Source: Candidatus Melainabacteria bacterium 17Bon1m (GTDB lineage Bacteria > Cyanobacteriota > Vampirovibrionia > Obscuribacterales > Obscuribacteraceae). From it: a DNA stretch of 64,000 bases. Numbering within the stretch: position 1 is the stretch's first letter; every line of letters begins with the position of its first letter. This document shows positions 29,136 to 39,445 of this stretch, piece by piece. A program made the position numbers and the translations under genes. Below the pieces are notes generated by a model that was given only the letters and a program-made list of their open reading frames with translations, was not told the DNA's origin and searched no databases. The DNA lies in assembly GCA_032128875.1 (NCBI GenBank), contig JAVLKG010000010.1, positions 32,001 to 96,000 on the forward strand, given 5' to 3'.

Positions 29136-29816
29136 ATGAAAAACAAAAACGCCTTTGTACCTTGCCTGGCTGCGCTGGCGCTGACTCTTGCGGCTCCACT
29201 ACAGGGGTTTTGTGCTGACGCCTCGCCCACTGCAAAAGAGGCTCTGGAGAAGCTGAAATCCGGCAACACACGGTACTTGAGCGGAATATCCAGTGTGCCG
29301 CGCATAGACACTCACCGTCGAGAAGAAACCGCAACCAGAGGACAACGCCCAATAGCCACAGTTTTGGGTTGCTCGGATGCTCGCGTCCCCCCTGAAATTG
29401 TTTTTGACCAGAGGTTCGGCAACCTCTTCGTCATCCGCGTAGCCGGCAATGTGACGGGCACATCAGAGGTCGCTTCAGTTGAATATGGGGTCCAATATCT
29501 CGGCACCCCGCTTGTTGTGGTTCTCGGACATTCGGCTTGCGGCGCTGTGCAGGCGGCCGTGGAGAAAACACCTTTAGACGGCAAGCTGCCAAAACTGGTC
29601 GAATTAATCTCACCGGCAGTCGATTCGGCAAAGAAAGCCAAGCCCAATGCCAAAGGGCCGGAACTCATGGAAGCCGCAGTAGAAGCAAACGTTCGGCATC
29701 AAATGAGCGAACTGTCAAAGAGCGACGTGATGAAGAAGGCGCTCAGCAACAAGAAAGTGACGATTGTCGGGGCGATTCGCAATATTAATAGCGGCGCTGT
29801 CCGCTGGCTCGACTAG
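29136..29816 (+). CDS. Beta-class carbonic anhydrase with a signal peptide
   Basis: CSDAR, RVAGN and HSACGAV zinc ligands, N-terminal signal peptide. Confidence 0.95.
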   Translation: MKNKNAFVPCLAALALTLAAPLQGFCADASPTAKEALEKLKSGNTRYLSGISSVPRIDTHRREETATRGQRPIATVLGCSDARVPPEIVFDQRFGNLFVIRVAGNVTGTSEVASVEYGVQYLGTPLVVVLGHSACGAVQAAVEKTPLDGKLPKLVELISPAVDSAKKAKPNAKGPELMEAAVEANVRHQMSELSKSDVMKKALSNKKVTIVGAIRNINSGAVRWLD

Positions 29817-29820
29817 ATAC

Positions 29821-30048
29821 CGTGGGGGCGTGTTGCACGCGCCTTGTTTGCGTGGGGGCGTGTTGCACACGCCTTGTTTGCGTGGGGGCGCGTTGCACGC
29901 GCCCTTTTTGCGTGGGGGCGCGTTGCACGCGCCCTTTTTGCGTGGGGGCGCGTTGCACGCGCCCCGTTTCGTAGGGGAGGCACATGTGCCTCCCTGGCAG
30001 GGAGCCGCATGCGGCTCCCCTACAAGTGAAAGCCGCATGCGCCCCTAC
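29821..30048 (+). repeat. Tandem array of five 30-bp REP-like units plus three related GTAG-type palindromes
   Basis: Units start at 29821, 29851, 29881, 29911 and 29941, followed by gtaggggaggcacatgtgcctccc and gggagccgcatgcggctcccctac. Confidence 0.92.
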
Positions 30049-30107
30049 AAGTGAAAAACGTACTAAAATATGCAGCCTCACCACACCACAAGATCGGGGT
30101 TGTCAAA

Positions 30108-30653
30108 ATGTCAAAAGGTAAGGGAACCGAAAAGCTCTACGCATCTCGCATTGACCTGAGCGAAAAGGTCCGCGGCGAAATGACGCAGTTGCTCAACGAA
30201 TCACTGGCGTCAACACTAGATCTCTGGACACAAATCAAGCAAGCACACTGGAACGTCAAAGGCAAAGAGTTCTATCAATATCACCTGCTCTTCGATCAAA
30301 TCGCAGGCGAAGTTTACGAGTACATCGACATGATTGCGGAGCGCATCACCGCTTTGGGTGGTGTCGCAAACGGTACTACTCGCATGGCAGCCGAACATTC
30401 TGCATTGAAAGAGTATCCGAGCGACCTGGTGCAAGGCGAAGAGCACGTTGCAGCAGTCGCTGATCGCATGGCTGTCTACGGCAAGCACGTGCGCAGCGGT
30501 ATCGAGAAGGCAGGAGATGCAGATGCTGATACCGCCGATCTCTACACCGAAATTTCGCGCACGATCGATCAACGTTTGTGGTTCCTCGAGTCAATTCTCG
30601 TAGGCAGCAAATTCGAAGCGAAATCGGGAGAACTTGCTGGTTCGCGCCACTAA
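30108..30653 (+). CDS. dps: DNA starvation/stationary-phase protection protein Dps
   Basis: KQAHWNVKG, HLLFD, DMIAERITALGG, DTADL, LWFLES. Confidence 0.95.
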   Translation: MSKGKGTEKLYASRIDLSEKVRGEMTQLLNESLASTLDLWTQIKQAHWNVKGKEFYQYHLLFDQIAGEVYEYIDMIAERITALGGVANGTTRMAAEHSALKEYPSDLVQGEEHVAAVADRMAVYGKHVRSGIEKAGDADADTADLYTEISRTIDQRLWFLESILVGSKFEAKSGELAGSRH

Positions 30654-30687
30654 GCAGCGACTCCTGGTTCAACCATCGGAAATACAA

Positions 30688-31857
30688 TTGAGTAAAATCG
30701 CAAGGACGGCCAATAGCAGCAAGCCCAATTCACGGGTGCGCTCGGCCGTCCTTGTTCTATTCATGTGCGCAGGTTTCACAATCGAGGCACTTTCATGCCA
30801 GTGGACAAGCCCTGCACAAGCTGCCGAGCAATTTTCAGCCTACGATGATGTTTTCTTTGATGCGCTCATTTTAAAGTCGAAAAGGAAATACAAAGCTGCC
30901 AACGAACTCTTTGCCAAAGCATCAAAAATGCGTCCGTCTGATCCTGAGCCATGGGCATTGCAAGCAAACTTGATGCTCAAAACAGGAAGGTGGAAAGAAG
31001 CAGAAGCTTACGCGCGAAAAGCTGTGGCATTGGATAAGGAATACGAGCAAGCGGTGCAGTATTTAGCCAACGCTTTGCTCTATCAAAACAAGCTCAAAGA
31101 AGGCATTGCAGAGTGCAAGAAGTGCTTGGCACTCAACCCGGAGAATAACTGGTCGCAGCACTATATGAGAATCGCGGAGCAGAAATTGCATCTCCCGATC
31201 ACCGACATTTTTGAAGGGCGCATAACGGAAGACAGAGCTTCCATGGAAGCAATTGCAAAATACTTGCAAGACCAAAAGTATGAAGACGCACTGAAGCTCA
31301 TCAACAAACACATAGCTAAATATCCGACCAATTCAAGCGGATACTTGAAACGCGCATATGTCTACGAAGTTATGCGCAGGCGAGACCTGGCAATTAAAGA
31401 CTATGACAAAATTCTCTCTATGTACCCGTGCCAGAAAGAGGCGCTCGATTTGCGCGCTCAGGCGTATCAAGCAATGAAGCAAGCCGGCAAGTCGGTGAAA
31501 GATTTGATCAAACTTGTGCGCAATGACAGCGACCATTGGAATACTCGCTTTAGACTCGCATTTGCATACATGGAGGCGGGCGATTACAAAGCGTCAAAAC
31601 GAGAATACACCGGTCTTTTGAAAGTGTACCCAAACTCTATTGAAGGTCTGACAGGGCGTGGATTAGCGCACCTCCGCGCCAAAGAGTACAAAGACGCTGT
31701 AGCGGACTATTCCAAAGCAATCGAGTGCGATCCTGACCGGAGCGCCAGCATGCACTACAAGCGCGGTCTCGCCTATGAAAAGTTAGGCGAAAAGAAGAAA
31801 GCCAGAGAAGACATTGCGCTTTCTAAGAAGATGGGCTACGACCCTAAAGAGTTTTAG
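30688..31857 (+). CDS. Exported TPR protein (start uncertain)
   Basis: Hydrophobic leader ending AQA and multiple TPRs. Confidence 0.8.
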   Translation: MSKIARTANSSKPNSRVRSAVLVLFMCAGFTIEALSCQWTSPAQAAEQFSAYDDVFFDALILKSKRKYKAANELFAKASKMRPSDPEPWALQANLMLKTGRWKEAEAYARKAVALDKEYEQAVQYLANALLYQNKLKEGIAECKKCLALNPENNWSQHYMRIAEQKLHLPITDIFEGRITEDRASMEAIAKYLQDQKYEDALKLINKHIAKYPTNSSGYLKRAYVYEVMRRRDLAIKDYDKILSMYPCQKEALDLRAQAYQAMKQAGKSVKDLIKLVRNDSDHWNTRFRLAFAYMEAGDYKASKREYTGLLKVYPNSIEGLTGRGLAHLRAKEYKDAVADYSKAIECDPDRSASMHYKRGLAYEKLGEKKKAREDIALSKKMGYDPKEF

Positions 31858-34800
31858 TACGTCTGTAGTGAATGAGAATTTGCGAGATGTCCTTTCAGAT
31901 TTTGCACTAACAACGCAATCTCCCAGACTGTTTGCTCGATTGTTTTAGCATCAGTGACGGCGGTGAAAACTTCAGTTTGTCCATTATCGCGAGGCACAAA
32001 AGCCGACACCGCAAACAACGTGCCTCCATCGGCAGTCGGCAGCGTGAATTGAAATGAATACGCGCCAGAATAATACTTATCCCAAGACTCAACCTTTGTG
32101 ACTTTCAGATGCAGATAATCCACCCACTTCTGCATCAGGATTTTCACCCCCGCAGAATCAGACGGCAGAGACATCACGTCCAAGCGTCTTATGCCTAATG
32201 GAGCGGCTCGCGTGAAGATTGAAATTTCCGGGAAAGGCGCTTTTGGTGCTTGCGTCTCTTTAAAGGTCCAATCTTTGGCGAGCAAAACTGAATGCTTGAG
32301 TGACGCTATATCACGGAAAGAAAATACTTTGCGGTTTGGTGAACAATATACGCTCACAGTAAAAACAACTGCGAGAGCCATTGCCAAAAAAGCTGCTGAT
32401 GTGTACGACAGGAGAGCATTTGCTGCGGGTTTCGTTTCCTTATCAAAAGGGCTTTCAGACTCGTTTCTACTCGACTCGAGTGTTTGCAGAATCATGCACA
32501 CCAGTGCCACCATCACGGAGGAGAAGATGACCATGACTGACATAAACAAACCGCTTGCGCGCAGTAGAACTTCGAAGTATTCGTAACCATAGAGAATCAG
32601 GCCGCCCAGCATTGCCCCAGTCAGGACTGCCCATGGCCATGCTTTTGGTCTATCGGTTTTCAGCGCAGCAACAGACATCCACAGAGCCGGCAGCCAGTAG
32701 GCAAGGTAGAGATGAAACACATTGGTGTTAAACAAAATTTCCTGTCGCAGCGGTGCCAATGCCACACGCACTTCATTTGGAAGCGGTAAGTCAACAAATG
32801 AGTATGAGAATGACACTACTCCGCTAGCAAAAGCAAGCATCAGATACAGCATCCAGTAGTGCTGCTGCTTTAAGTCATCCGAGTTAGAAATCTTCGCGCT
32901 TCTCAAAACTGCGAATCTACGAACTAGCATTAAAAGCACAACGAAAATTGCCGCTTTGAAAAACAACCAGTATCCAGAAACAGCAACATCGAGACTAAAA
33001 TTGCCGGTCGCTCGCAAACTTTCTAATTGCAGTTTTACAGTTTCAATAAAACCAGCATTGGTGAAACACTTATCAATTGCGTTGAAACACATGGACGCGA
33101 CGGCGCCTGCCGAGAACGCTCCCAGAAGAAACTTTACGGGTGGAGTATCTGTTTTGAAGCGCTTGTTCGCCCATAAAAGCAGGTAATAAGGCAAGCCAAT
33201 ATCAATCACCGCGTGGAACATGGTGAGAAACAACTCGTTTACGATGCGATAGTCGAAGCAGCTGGCTCTCGCATTTACTTGCAGAATTATCAATCCGACG
33301 AGTCCACCATAAATTGCGAGTCGTCCACGCGAAGGCCACATTGGTGAGTCATTTATACTGAGTTTCCATCCGATGGTATGCATCAGCCAAAGCAGCCAGA
33401 TCGCAAAAAGCCAGATCAATACAGCCGAGTGAATCGGTCCGCGCGAGAAGGAAGACATCTGAAAGATGTACTCCCAAAGAAGCAGCGCGGCAAAACTACT
33501 GAGGAAGAACAATCTCGACAGTACAGCGGCATTAAGACGCTTCTGAAACGCAAGCACGGCAACGATACAGACTTCGCACAAAAGCACCCACTTCATCCAA
33601 TGTGTCGCAATACTGAGCAGCGGATCAATCCAGATAATCGCCTTCACGACTTTGAAGAAGGGAAGAAAAACAAAGAACACTTGTTGACCAAGTGCGCTCG
33701 TTTGAAAAGACAGCATATTGATGATGTCTTCGCTCCACGCCGCAAATGTCGCAATCAGCAATGCAAGTAGAAAGAGTGGTGTTGCTAGACGACTAGGCAA
33801 GATGCCGTTCACCGATGCAGCGACAACTTTACTGCTACCCATCAGCTTGTGCACAATACCAACGCCAACGAAATAGAGTATCGGCCACAGATAAGCATTG
33901 CTCATATCTAGCGCAGAGATTATTGAACCTCCCAAGGAAGCGAGTCCGCCTCGCCACGCTGTTGCCGACAGAAAAGCTATGAGTAAGAAGCTATTGATTA
34001 AAAAAGCAGCCTGGATGGAGAGCGGCGGAGTATTTGTTTCCGGTATGGATGGTTCAATTGCAGATGTCGTAGATGTAGGTGCTGCGGGTGCTTCACCCAA
34101 TTTGCTTTGTGCCGAGCGAAGAGTGTTTGCCACCATCAAACAAACTAAACCTGCGCAAATACCGATCGAACAACCGGCACCAATCCCTACTGCAGGACCA
34201 TTGAATGGCAGTACAGTCCCCAACCATGGGCGCAGCGGCGTCAATATCGTGAATTGAAATCCAGCGGCCGCACCGACCACCAACGCTGTTACCAACCTAG
34301 AAATATTCGCGCGCTTTCCATCTACACCCAACATTGTCAGATTGAAAATCAGCGAGAACAACACAGGCATGGTTAGTAAGGCATTGCAATAACTGCGTGG
34401 CAGATACAATATGCAGCCCGCAAGAAAATAGAGCGCACCAATCGCAGTGGCAGAGAAAGCAACCCGATTGCAGACTGCAGTGCCCACAAGTAGTGCGGAC
34501 CAAGCGCAAGGTAAGCAAAGTATCCAAAGAAAGATCGGCCAGGTCGCCATCGCATGTTTGTAGCCGGAAGAAGTTTCAATCCCGACTGCACTTAAATTGA
34601 ACGGCGCCTGCATCTGGGTAAGTGGAATCGCAAAGCTCAGCACCACACTCAACTGAATCATCAGACGCAACACTGGCGCAGTTTCGGCAGGGGCATCACC
34701 CAACTGCATTCGGTCTTTTGCATAGTCACGCCAGTAAAAGCGCTCGAAAAACTTCCAAACCGCCTGCCCGACGCTTGACTGCCCAACGACACCAACCACC

Positions 34801-34937
34801 GGTTTGATTAGTGGAACCTCACCCACCTTCCGCACAAGTCCATAACCGTGATCGCCAATAACCGCCAAGAAAGGAAAGATCCCCACCAAATAGTTGGAGA
34901 ACTTCCGAATAGTTGCGATTGTTTGAAATGGATTCAT
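31854..34937 (-). CDS. Large polytopic membrane protein of unknown function
   Basis: 1027-aa ORF with roughly 20 or more hydrophobic segments and a soluble C-terminal domain. Confidence 0.8.
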   Translation of the reverse strand: MNPFQTIATIRKFSNYLVGIFPFLAVIGDHGYGLVRKVGEVPLIKPVVGVVGQSSVGQAVWKFFERFYWRDYAKDRMQLGDAPAETAPVLRLMIQLSVVLSFAIPLTQMQAPFNLSAVGIETSSGYKHAMATWPIFLWILCLPCAWSALLVGTAVCNRVAFSATAIGALYFLAGCILYLPRSYCNALLTMPVLFSLIFNLTMLGVDGKRANISRLVTALVVGAAAGFQFTILTPLRPWLGTVLPFNGPAVGIGAGCSIGICAGLVCLMVANTLRSAQSKLGEAPAAPTSTTSAIEPSIPETNTPPLSIQAAFLINSFLLIAFLSATAWRGGLASLGGSIISALDMSNAYLWPILYFVGVGIVHKLMGSSKVVAASVNGILPSRLATPLFLLALLIATFAAWSEDIINMLSFQTSALGQQVFFVFLPFFKVVKAIIWIDPLLSIATHWMKWVLLCEVCIVAVLAFQKRLNAAVLSRLFFLSSFAALLLWEYIFQMSSFSRGPIHSAVLIWLFAIWLLWLMHTIGWKLSINDSPMWPSRGRLAIYGGLVGLIILQVNARASCFDYRIVNELFLTMFHAVIDIGLPYYLLLWANKRFKTDTPPVKFLLGAFSAGAVASMCFNAIDKCFTNAGFIETVKLQLESLRATGNFSLDVAVSGYWLFFKAAIFVVLLMLVRRFAVLRSAKISNSDDLKQQHYWMLYLMLAFASGVVSFSYSFVDLPLPNEVRVALAPLRQEILFNTNVFHLYLAYWLPALWMSVAALKTDRPKAWPWAVLTGAMLGGLILYGYEYFEVLLRASGLFMSVMVIFSSVMVALVCMILQTLESSRNESESPFDKETKPAANALLSYTSAAFLAMALAVVFTVSVYCSPNRKVFSFRDIASLKHSVLLAKDWTFKETQAPKAPFPEISIFTRAAPLGIRRLDVMSLPSDSAGVKILMQKWVDYLHLKVTKVESWDKYYSGAYSFQFTLPTADGGTLFAVSAFVPRDNGQTEVFTAVTDAKTIEQTVWEIALLVQNLKGHLANSHSLQTY

Positions 34938-35054
34938 GGTGGTAAGAGCTTAGCCTACCAATGATAAAGGGAAAGCTCCAGTATAAGAAAAGCCCCAGAC
35001 TTTTGTCCGAGGCGAGCTTTCTGAATTCTTATTGACCGCGCTCTGGCGACTATC

Positions 35055-35804
35055 TCAGTGGAATATTCTTGGTACCGTCGATTCCATTGCAGTTCTAATG
35101 ACGGGAGTAAACTGTCTGGGCGCGACTTTTAGCACATCGGAACCGAGTTCAATAGGTATTCCTTTCGACAGAACCGAATATTCAGCGCCGGAGTGCACAG
35201 CGCGAGCCACTATAGCGTTGCCGATTTGACGAATACCATTAACTCCACCGTACACCAATGCTCCTTCGGTGAATGACTTTGCGTCGGTGAGCGTGTTAGT
35301 TTTCAAATACGAACTGGTCAATCCGGAGACGACAAAAGGCACAGCAAGTGCCAGCGGCGTTCCAATCTTCGGAATATTGCGCAGCCCGGCGAGAGTCAAA
35401 CCAAGATCAGTAAGGCAGCCAGCGCCAGTACTCAGAAGTAAACGGGGAGCCATCTCGGCTAGAGTCTCAGGCTTATTGTCTGCTGTTTGCTCTTGTTCTT
35501 TCCGCTCCGTCAGTGCAATCAGTGAGTCTTCCATCACCTCCAATTTGTCGGCGTTTATTACCGCGCCAAAGCCGTCGTACTCTACAGGCACGGTTTTAGC
35601 ATTCACTCTTGCAATCAGTGAGAAATCCGGACTTTGACTGTCCACCGCATCAAGCTTTTGATTGAAAGCTTTGGCAGCTTGGTCTATTGCAAACTCAGTC
35701 GCAAACCCACCAAATTCATATGTATTTGTCTGAATTGAATCGGATAAATTCTCCGACTTGTTTTGTTCAGAACTCTGGCTTAGAGGAGAATCGAACACGC
35801 CCAT
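35055..35804 (-). CDS. Hypothetical protein
   Basis: GAGG RBS before MGVFDS. Polar N-terminus, Gly-rich hydrophobic C-terminal half. Confidence 0.65.
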   Translation of the reverse strand: MGVFDSPLSQSSEQNKSENLSDSIQTNTYEFGGFATEFAIDQAAKAFNQKLDAVDSQSPDFSLIARVNAKTVPVEYDGFGAVINADKLEVMEDSLIALTERKEQEQTADNKPETLAEMAPRLLLSTGAGCLTDLGLTLAGLRNIPKIGTPLALAVPFVVSGLTSSYLKTNTLTDAKSFTEGALVYGGVNGIRQIGNAIVARAVHSGAEYSVLSKGIPIELGSDVLKVAPRQFTPVIRTAMESTVPRIFH

Positions 35805-35892
35805 GTTATGGTCCTCGAAAAAACGCCTGTGCATCGATCATCGGTTCGATTTATTTCAATTTTGCTACTTGAGCATCGTAGAAATGCGAAAG

Positions 35893-36681
35893 TCATGTTA
35901 AAGCGCCAAACAGCTCTTCCTCCAGTCTTCCTTCCATAAGGCTTGCGACTTCATCTAAAAATGCCGCAGCAGCGGGCATGTCTAAAACATTGGCATTGAA
36001 ATTGAGCGAGATTGTCATCATCGGTCGCACTGCAATTTTTTCATCGATTACGACGGGCCGGTCTTCAATTGTCCCAATGGCAAAAGTAGATGTACAGATG
36101 CATGGACCTAGAGCCATAACCATTTTGTACTTTCCTAAGGACGTTAGGCCAAATGTTGCTTTTTGGCACTTCAACCTCAATCTGGGAAAAGTGCAGCCTA
36201 CAGAAATGATCAAACGTCGTACAAGATACGGAAGAGCAGCATAAGCTTTTTGCTTGGCAAAAGATGCCAGTTTTTGAGGACTCTCTTTGACATAGCTACT
36301 CAGCTCGTCAGCTATTGTTGCCAGTGTTTTATTGTGAAGGTCCTCCACTTCAGCAAAGAAAACCGTATTTGAGCCCTCTTCCTCCCGCTCCACAGTAACG
36401 CCCCCAACAATACTTTCGTAAGTTACTAGCCTTCCGAAAGGTAAAAGCTCGGACCTGCTCATTGGATGCGCTTTCTGAGCAATTGCTATGGCCTTTAGCA
36501 ATATCGCTGTAAAGGTAATTTTGACTCCGTCTTCTTCAAAGTCTGATCTCAACCGGCGTGCCCAGCTCATATCCACATCGCGAAAAACATAGGAAGCAGT
36601 CGCCTGTGGAGCGATCATCGTCAAAAGATCGACAACGGTCTTTCTGCCCACCTCGAATCTTTTGAATGTGATGCTTTCCAT
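35893..36681 (-). CDS. Stand-alone 2-oxoacid dehydrogenase E2-like acyltransferase domain lacking the catalytic His
   Basis: TFGLTSLG, IGTIEDRPVV…RPMMTISL. The canonical DHRxxDG reads NANVLDM. No lipoyl domain. Confidence 0.8.
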   Translation of the reverse strand: MESITFKRFEVGRKTVVDLLTMIAPQATASYVFRDVDMSWARRLRSDFEEDGVKITFTAILLKAIAIAQKAHPMSRSELLPFGRLVTYESIVGGVTVEREEEGSNTVFFAEVEDLHNKTLATIADELSSYVKESPQKLASFAKQKAYAALPYLVRRLIISVGCTFPRLRLKCQKATFGLTSLGKYKMVMALGPCICTSTFAIGTIEDRPVVIDEKIAVRPMMTISLNFNANVLDMPAAAAFLDEVASLMEGRLEEELFGALT

Positions 36682-36947
36682 GTTCCTCTGCCCGTATTTA
36701 TCTCAGTTGCGAGGTAATTTTAGACATCAACAATATTTCTTCTTTTTGAGAGCGGTAGGCTTCAGTACACATTTAGATTGTCAAAGACGTAAAGGCTAAC
36801 GGCATCAATCCCAGTGATGATCCCCAAATAACCTGATTATGCAGGCGCACTCATACCAAAGATGATGCTGCAAGACTTGAGGACGATGCTCAAAGTGTTG
36901 GCGCGTACTTAAATTGAAATGATCATCAGACTAATGAGGAAAGAAAA

Positions 36948-37361
36948 ATGGGACGTCATTTGCTGCGATTGCTTTTTACATCGGCAAGCTTCTACTTCTT
37001 ATTGCCCCTAATTCCAGGAGTACAGTTTCACGGAAGTTTTTTGCATGCTCTTTTGGCTGGCATTCTCTTCACTGTATTTGCCTGGGTAGTTGAGCTTGCG
37101 GCAATGACGGTAAGTGCCACTTTGCTCATTGCAACACTAGGCATGGCACTTTTCATTCTTGCGCCCTTGTGGCTTCTCGGCTTCTTTCTCTTGCCCGCTA
37201 TAGCCTTGAGACTTGTCGCCGATACCATTCCTTCGGTCATCTGGTTTTCCGGCTGGTGGCCGGCAATTTGGAGCGGTCTTGTCGTACTTTTCATTGGCGT
37301 AACGACAAGCGGCGACATTCATGTGCGCATGAGAAGAAACGGCCCTGCTGCTCAAATTTAG
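36948..37361 (+). CDS. 4-TM phage-holin-like (YvlD-type) membrane protein
   Basis: LIPGVQFHGSFLHALLAGIL…TLG…SGWWPAIWSGLV pattern. Confidence 0.7.
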   Translation: MGRHLLRLLFTSASFYFLLPLIPGVQFHGSFLHALLAGILFTVFAWVVELAAMTVSATLLIATLGMALFILAPLWLLGFFLLPAIALRLVADTIPSVIWFSGWWPAIWSGLVVLFIGVTTSGDIHVRMRRNGPAAQI

Positions 37362-39445
37362 CGACCTGGACTCAATCCTAAATCTTCAGATTTCAGCTCA
37401 AGCAACCTTATGTTGTATGAGCCGGGCGGAAGCTTAAACCCAAGGTCAACCACTTTTCCATTCAATAGCCAATCGCGATAGTTATTCGGTCGAAAAACGA
37501 TGCTGTGCGACGAATTACCGGGACTCTCTGACGCAGATTTTTCGGACAGCTGTCTTGACGGACCTTCGCAATAATCAATCCAGTTGTTTTGAGGTTGATG
37601 TTCAGAACGCCATAATAGCTGCACTTTCTTAGACATATCTGCGTCATTGATTTGCCCATCGAACTTTAATTCGATTGCTGCAACTGCAAACGGATTAATC
37701 GGCTCTTTTAGCTTTGCCCAAACAATTCTGTCATAACGCGGATTTTCGATGTTCTGGCAAGCAACTAGGTTTTTCTTCTTCAAAGTGACAAAATCTCTGG
37801 ACGCGAATGTGCTTGCACCGCCAGGAATAGTCCAATCTATCCAGCGTTTTTCGCCCGTCGCCCAAAAGAGCCAGTGTGCTTTCCTATTAGTCTCGTAAGC
37901 TTGCTTGAGAAAGGCATAGTCGATTGTCCCAGGCTCTGCAACCGGGGGCTCCTTCAGCTTCGAAAACTTCTTTGAGTAATCAGCCTCAGTAACAGGTGGC
38001 TTCAACATACGGTGCAAAATTTCTTCACTACCTACCATACCGGAGCCTTGGAAGTCCTGCGGTAAATTGATTAGCACCACGGATTCGACTTGGTCATTCT
38101 TCGCCAATTCAACAAGGCGCGAGGAGAGCACTTTCATTTGCTTGCCGGCATCGACCCACGGATAAAGATTATGATGGAGAGCCACACACCAAGTGACTGC
38201 AAGTGAGACAAGCGCCCCGCAACCAAGAATGTGCATTGGTCGACTTTGAAGAATTGAAAGAAGTTTTGAACCGCCGGACTTCGCCGTTTGCTTAACAGTA
38301 GGCACCATAATCAGTGCCAACAAGATACATAACCCAGCAGAACCAAGAAAGAAAAGACGGCTGCCTACGAGGTTAGGTGAGATTTGCCATATTTGGAATG
38401 TTGGCAAAACAGAGATGACTGCCCACGCTGCGACAAAAGCGAGAATACGCAGGCGCTTAAGCGGTTGAAACATTCGAACAATTGCACATAGCAAAACCAC
38501 GAGCCAGCTAGCATAAGCAATTTGGGCGAAGACTGGCGACAGCGTTTGTTCTTCGTTGGTGCCAAAGAGAATCTTCCTGAGTGTCGCAATATCTAAAAAG
38601 CGGCGTAAGTTGTGAATGAAGTCGCGTATGTTTCCACCACCATAACCGCCAACAAGGGTTCCCAGCAAAGCTGTTCTAAGAACAGCAAACCCAGCCAGCA
38701 ATGCCATATAACTGGCGAAATAAGCAGCTCTGCGTTTGATGCTCAACTTGCACCAGCCGAGTGAATCAGGCAACAAGATTTCAGCCATCGCAATTACAGC
38801 AGGCAGAGTGACTGCCATTTCCTTGGAGATCAGTGAAAGGAAAAAAGCTATGAGCGATAGTACGAAATAGCCAAACTGCCCGGTTTTGCGAAAGCGAAAA
38901 TAAAGTGACAATGAGGCGAGGTAGAAAACAGTGCAGAATAGATCTACTCGACCCACAATCCACGAAACCGATTCAACGTGCAGCGGAAAAACCAAAAATA
39001 AAAGTGCTGCTGCAAATGCAGTGGCTGCGCGCTGCTTGAACGAATCACTGTCCAGCAATTGGTAGGCTAATGTCGCGCAGAAGAACGAACATAAGGCAAA
39101 GACGAGCAGGTTGGTGGCATGGTATCCGACCGGATTCAGCCGATACAAAAAATGGTCGGCAACATATGAAAGAGAAATTCCCGGTCGAAAACTCGTCAGC
39201 CCATCGGCTTGTCCTGACCAGTTTCCGGAAAAGGTTCTAACAAGTCCGCTGAAGTCACCGTTGTTTGCATTGGTCGAGTAGTCGAGATGAACGAAATCAT
39301 CAAGGAGAAAACCAACCTGCAGCGTGCTCGAATAGAGCGCAAAAGTCAGTGCCAGACAGAATAGAAAACTGAGTGCGAGAAAGCTCAGTTGACGCCTACT
39401 CAACTGAGTACTGTCATTACCGGCGGTCTGAAAGAAGAAACTCAA
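37358..39445 (-). CDS. GT-C-type membrane glycosyltransferase-like protein
   Basis: FLLDD, FRP, YHATN, PLHVESVSWIVGR and SKE motifs, many TM helices. Confidence 0.7.
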   Translation of the reverse strand: MSFFFQTAGNDSTQLSRRQLSFLALSFLFCLALTFALYSSTLQVGFLLDDFVHLDYSTNANNGDFSGLVRTFSGNWSGQADGLTSFRPGISLSYVADHFLYRLNPVGYHATNLLVFALCSFFCATLAYQLLDSDSFKQRAATAFAAALLFLVFPLHVESVSWIVGRVDLFCTVFYLASLSLYFRFRKTGQFGYFVLSLIAFFLSLISKEMAVTLPAVIAMAEILLPDSLGWCKLSIKRRAAYFASYMALLAGFAVLRTALLGTLVGGYGGGNIRDFIHNLRRFLDIATLRKILFGTNEEQTLSPVFAQIAYASWLVVLLCAIVRMFQPLKRLRILAFVAAWAVISVLPTFQIWQISPNLVGSRLFFLGSAGLCILLALIMVPTVKQTAKSGGSKLLSILQSRPMHILGCGALVSLAVTWCVALHHNLYPWVDAGKQMKVLSSRLVELAKNDQVESVVLINLPQDFQGSGMVGSEEILHRMLKPPVTEADYSKKFSKLKEPPVAEPGTIDYAFLKQAYETNRKAHWLFWATGEKRWIDWTIPGGASTFASRDFVTLKKKNLVACQNIENPRYDRIVWAKLKEPINPFAVAAIELKFDGQINDADMSKKVQLLWRSEHQPQNNWIDYCEGPSRQLSEKSASESPGNSSHSIVFRPNNYRDWLLNGKVVDLGFKLPPGSYNIRLLELKSEDLGLSPGR

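Noticed and set aside
29821-29970. Possible CRISPR array
   Set aside because: The units are head-to-tail 30-mers with no unique spacers and no cas genes. The same palindrome is dispersed elsewhere, which fits a REP-like repeat.
29715-30084. Several overlapping repetitive ORFs (GGALHAP and similar)
   Set aside because: They are artefacts of a stop-free 30-bp tandem repeat that is open in many frames.
36948-37361. Prophage suggested by the holin-like gene
   Set aside because: No other phage genes are nearby, and this 4-TM family is commonly chromosomal.
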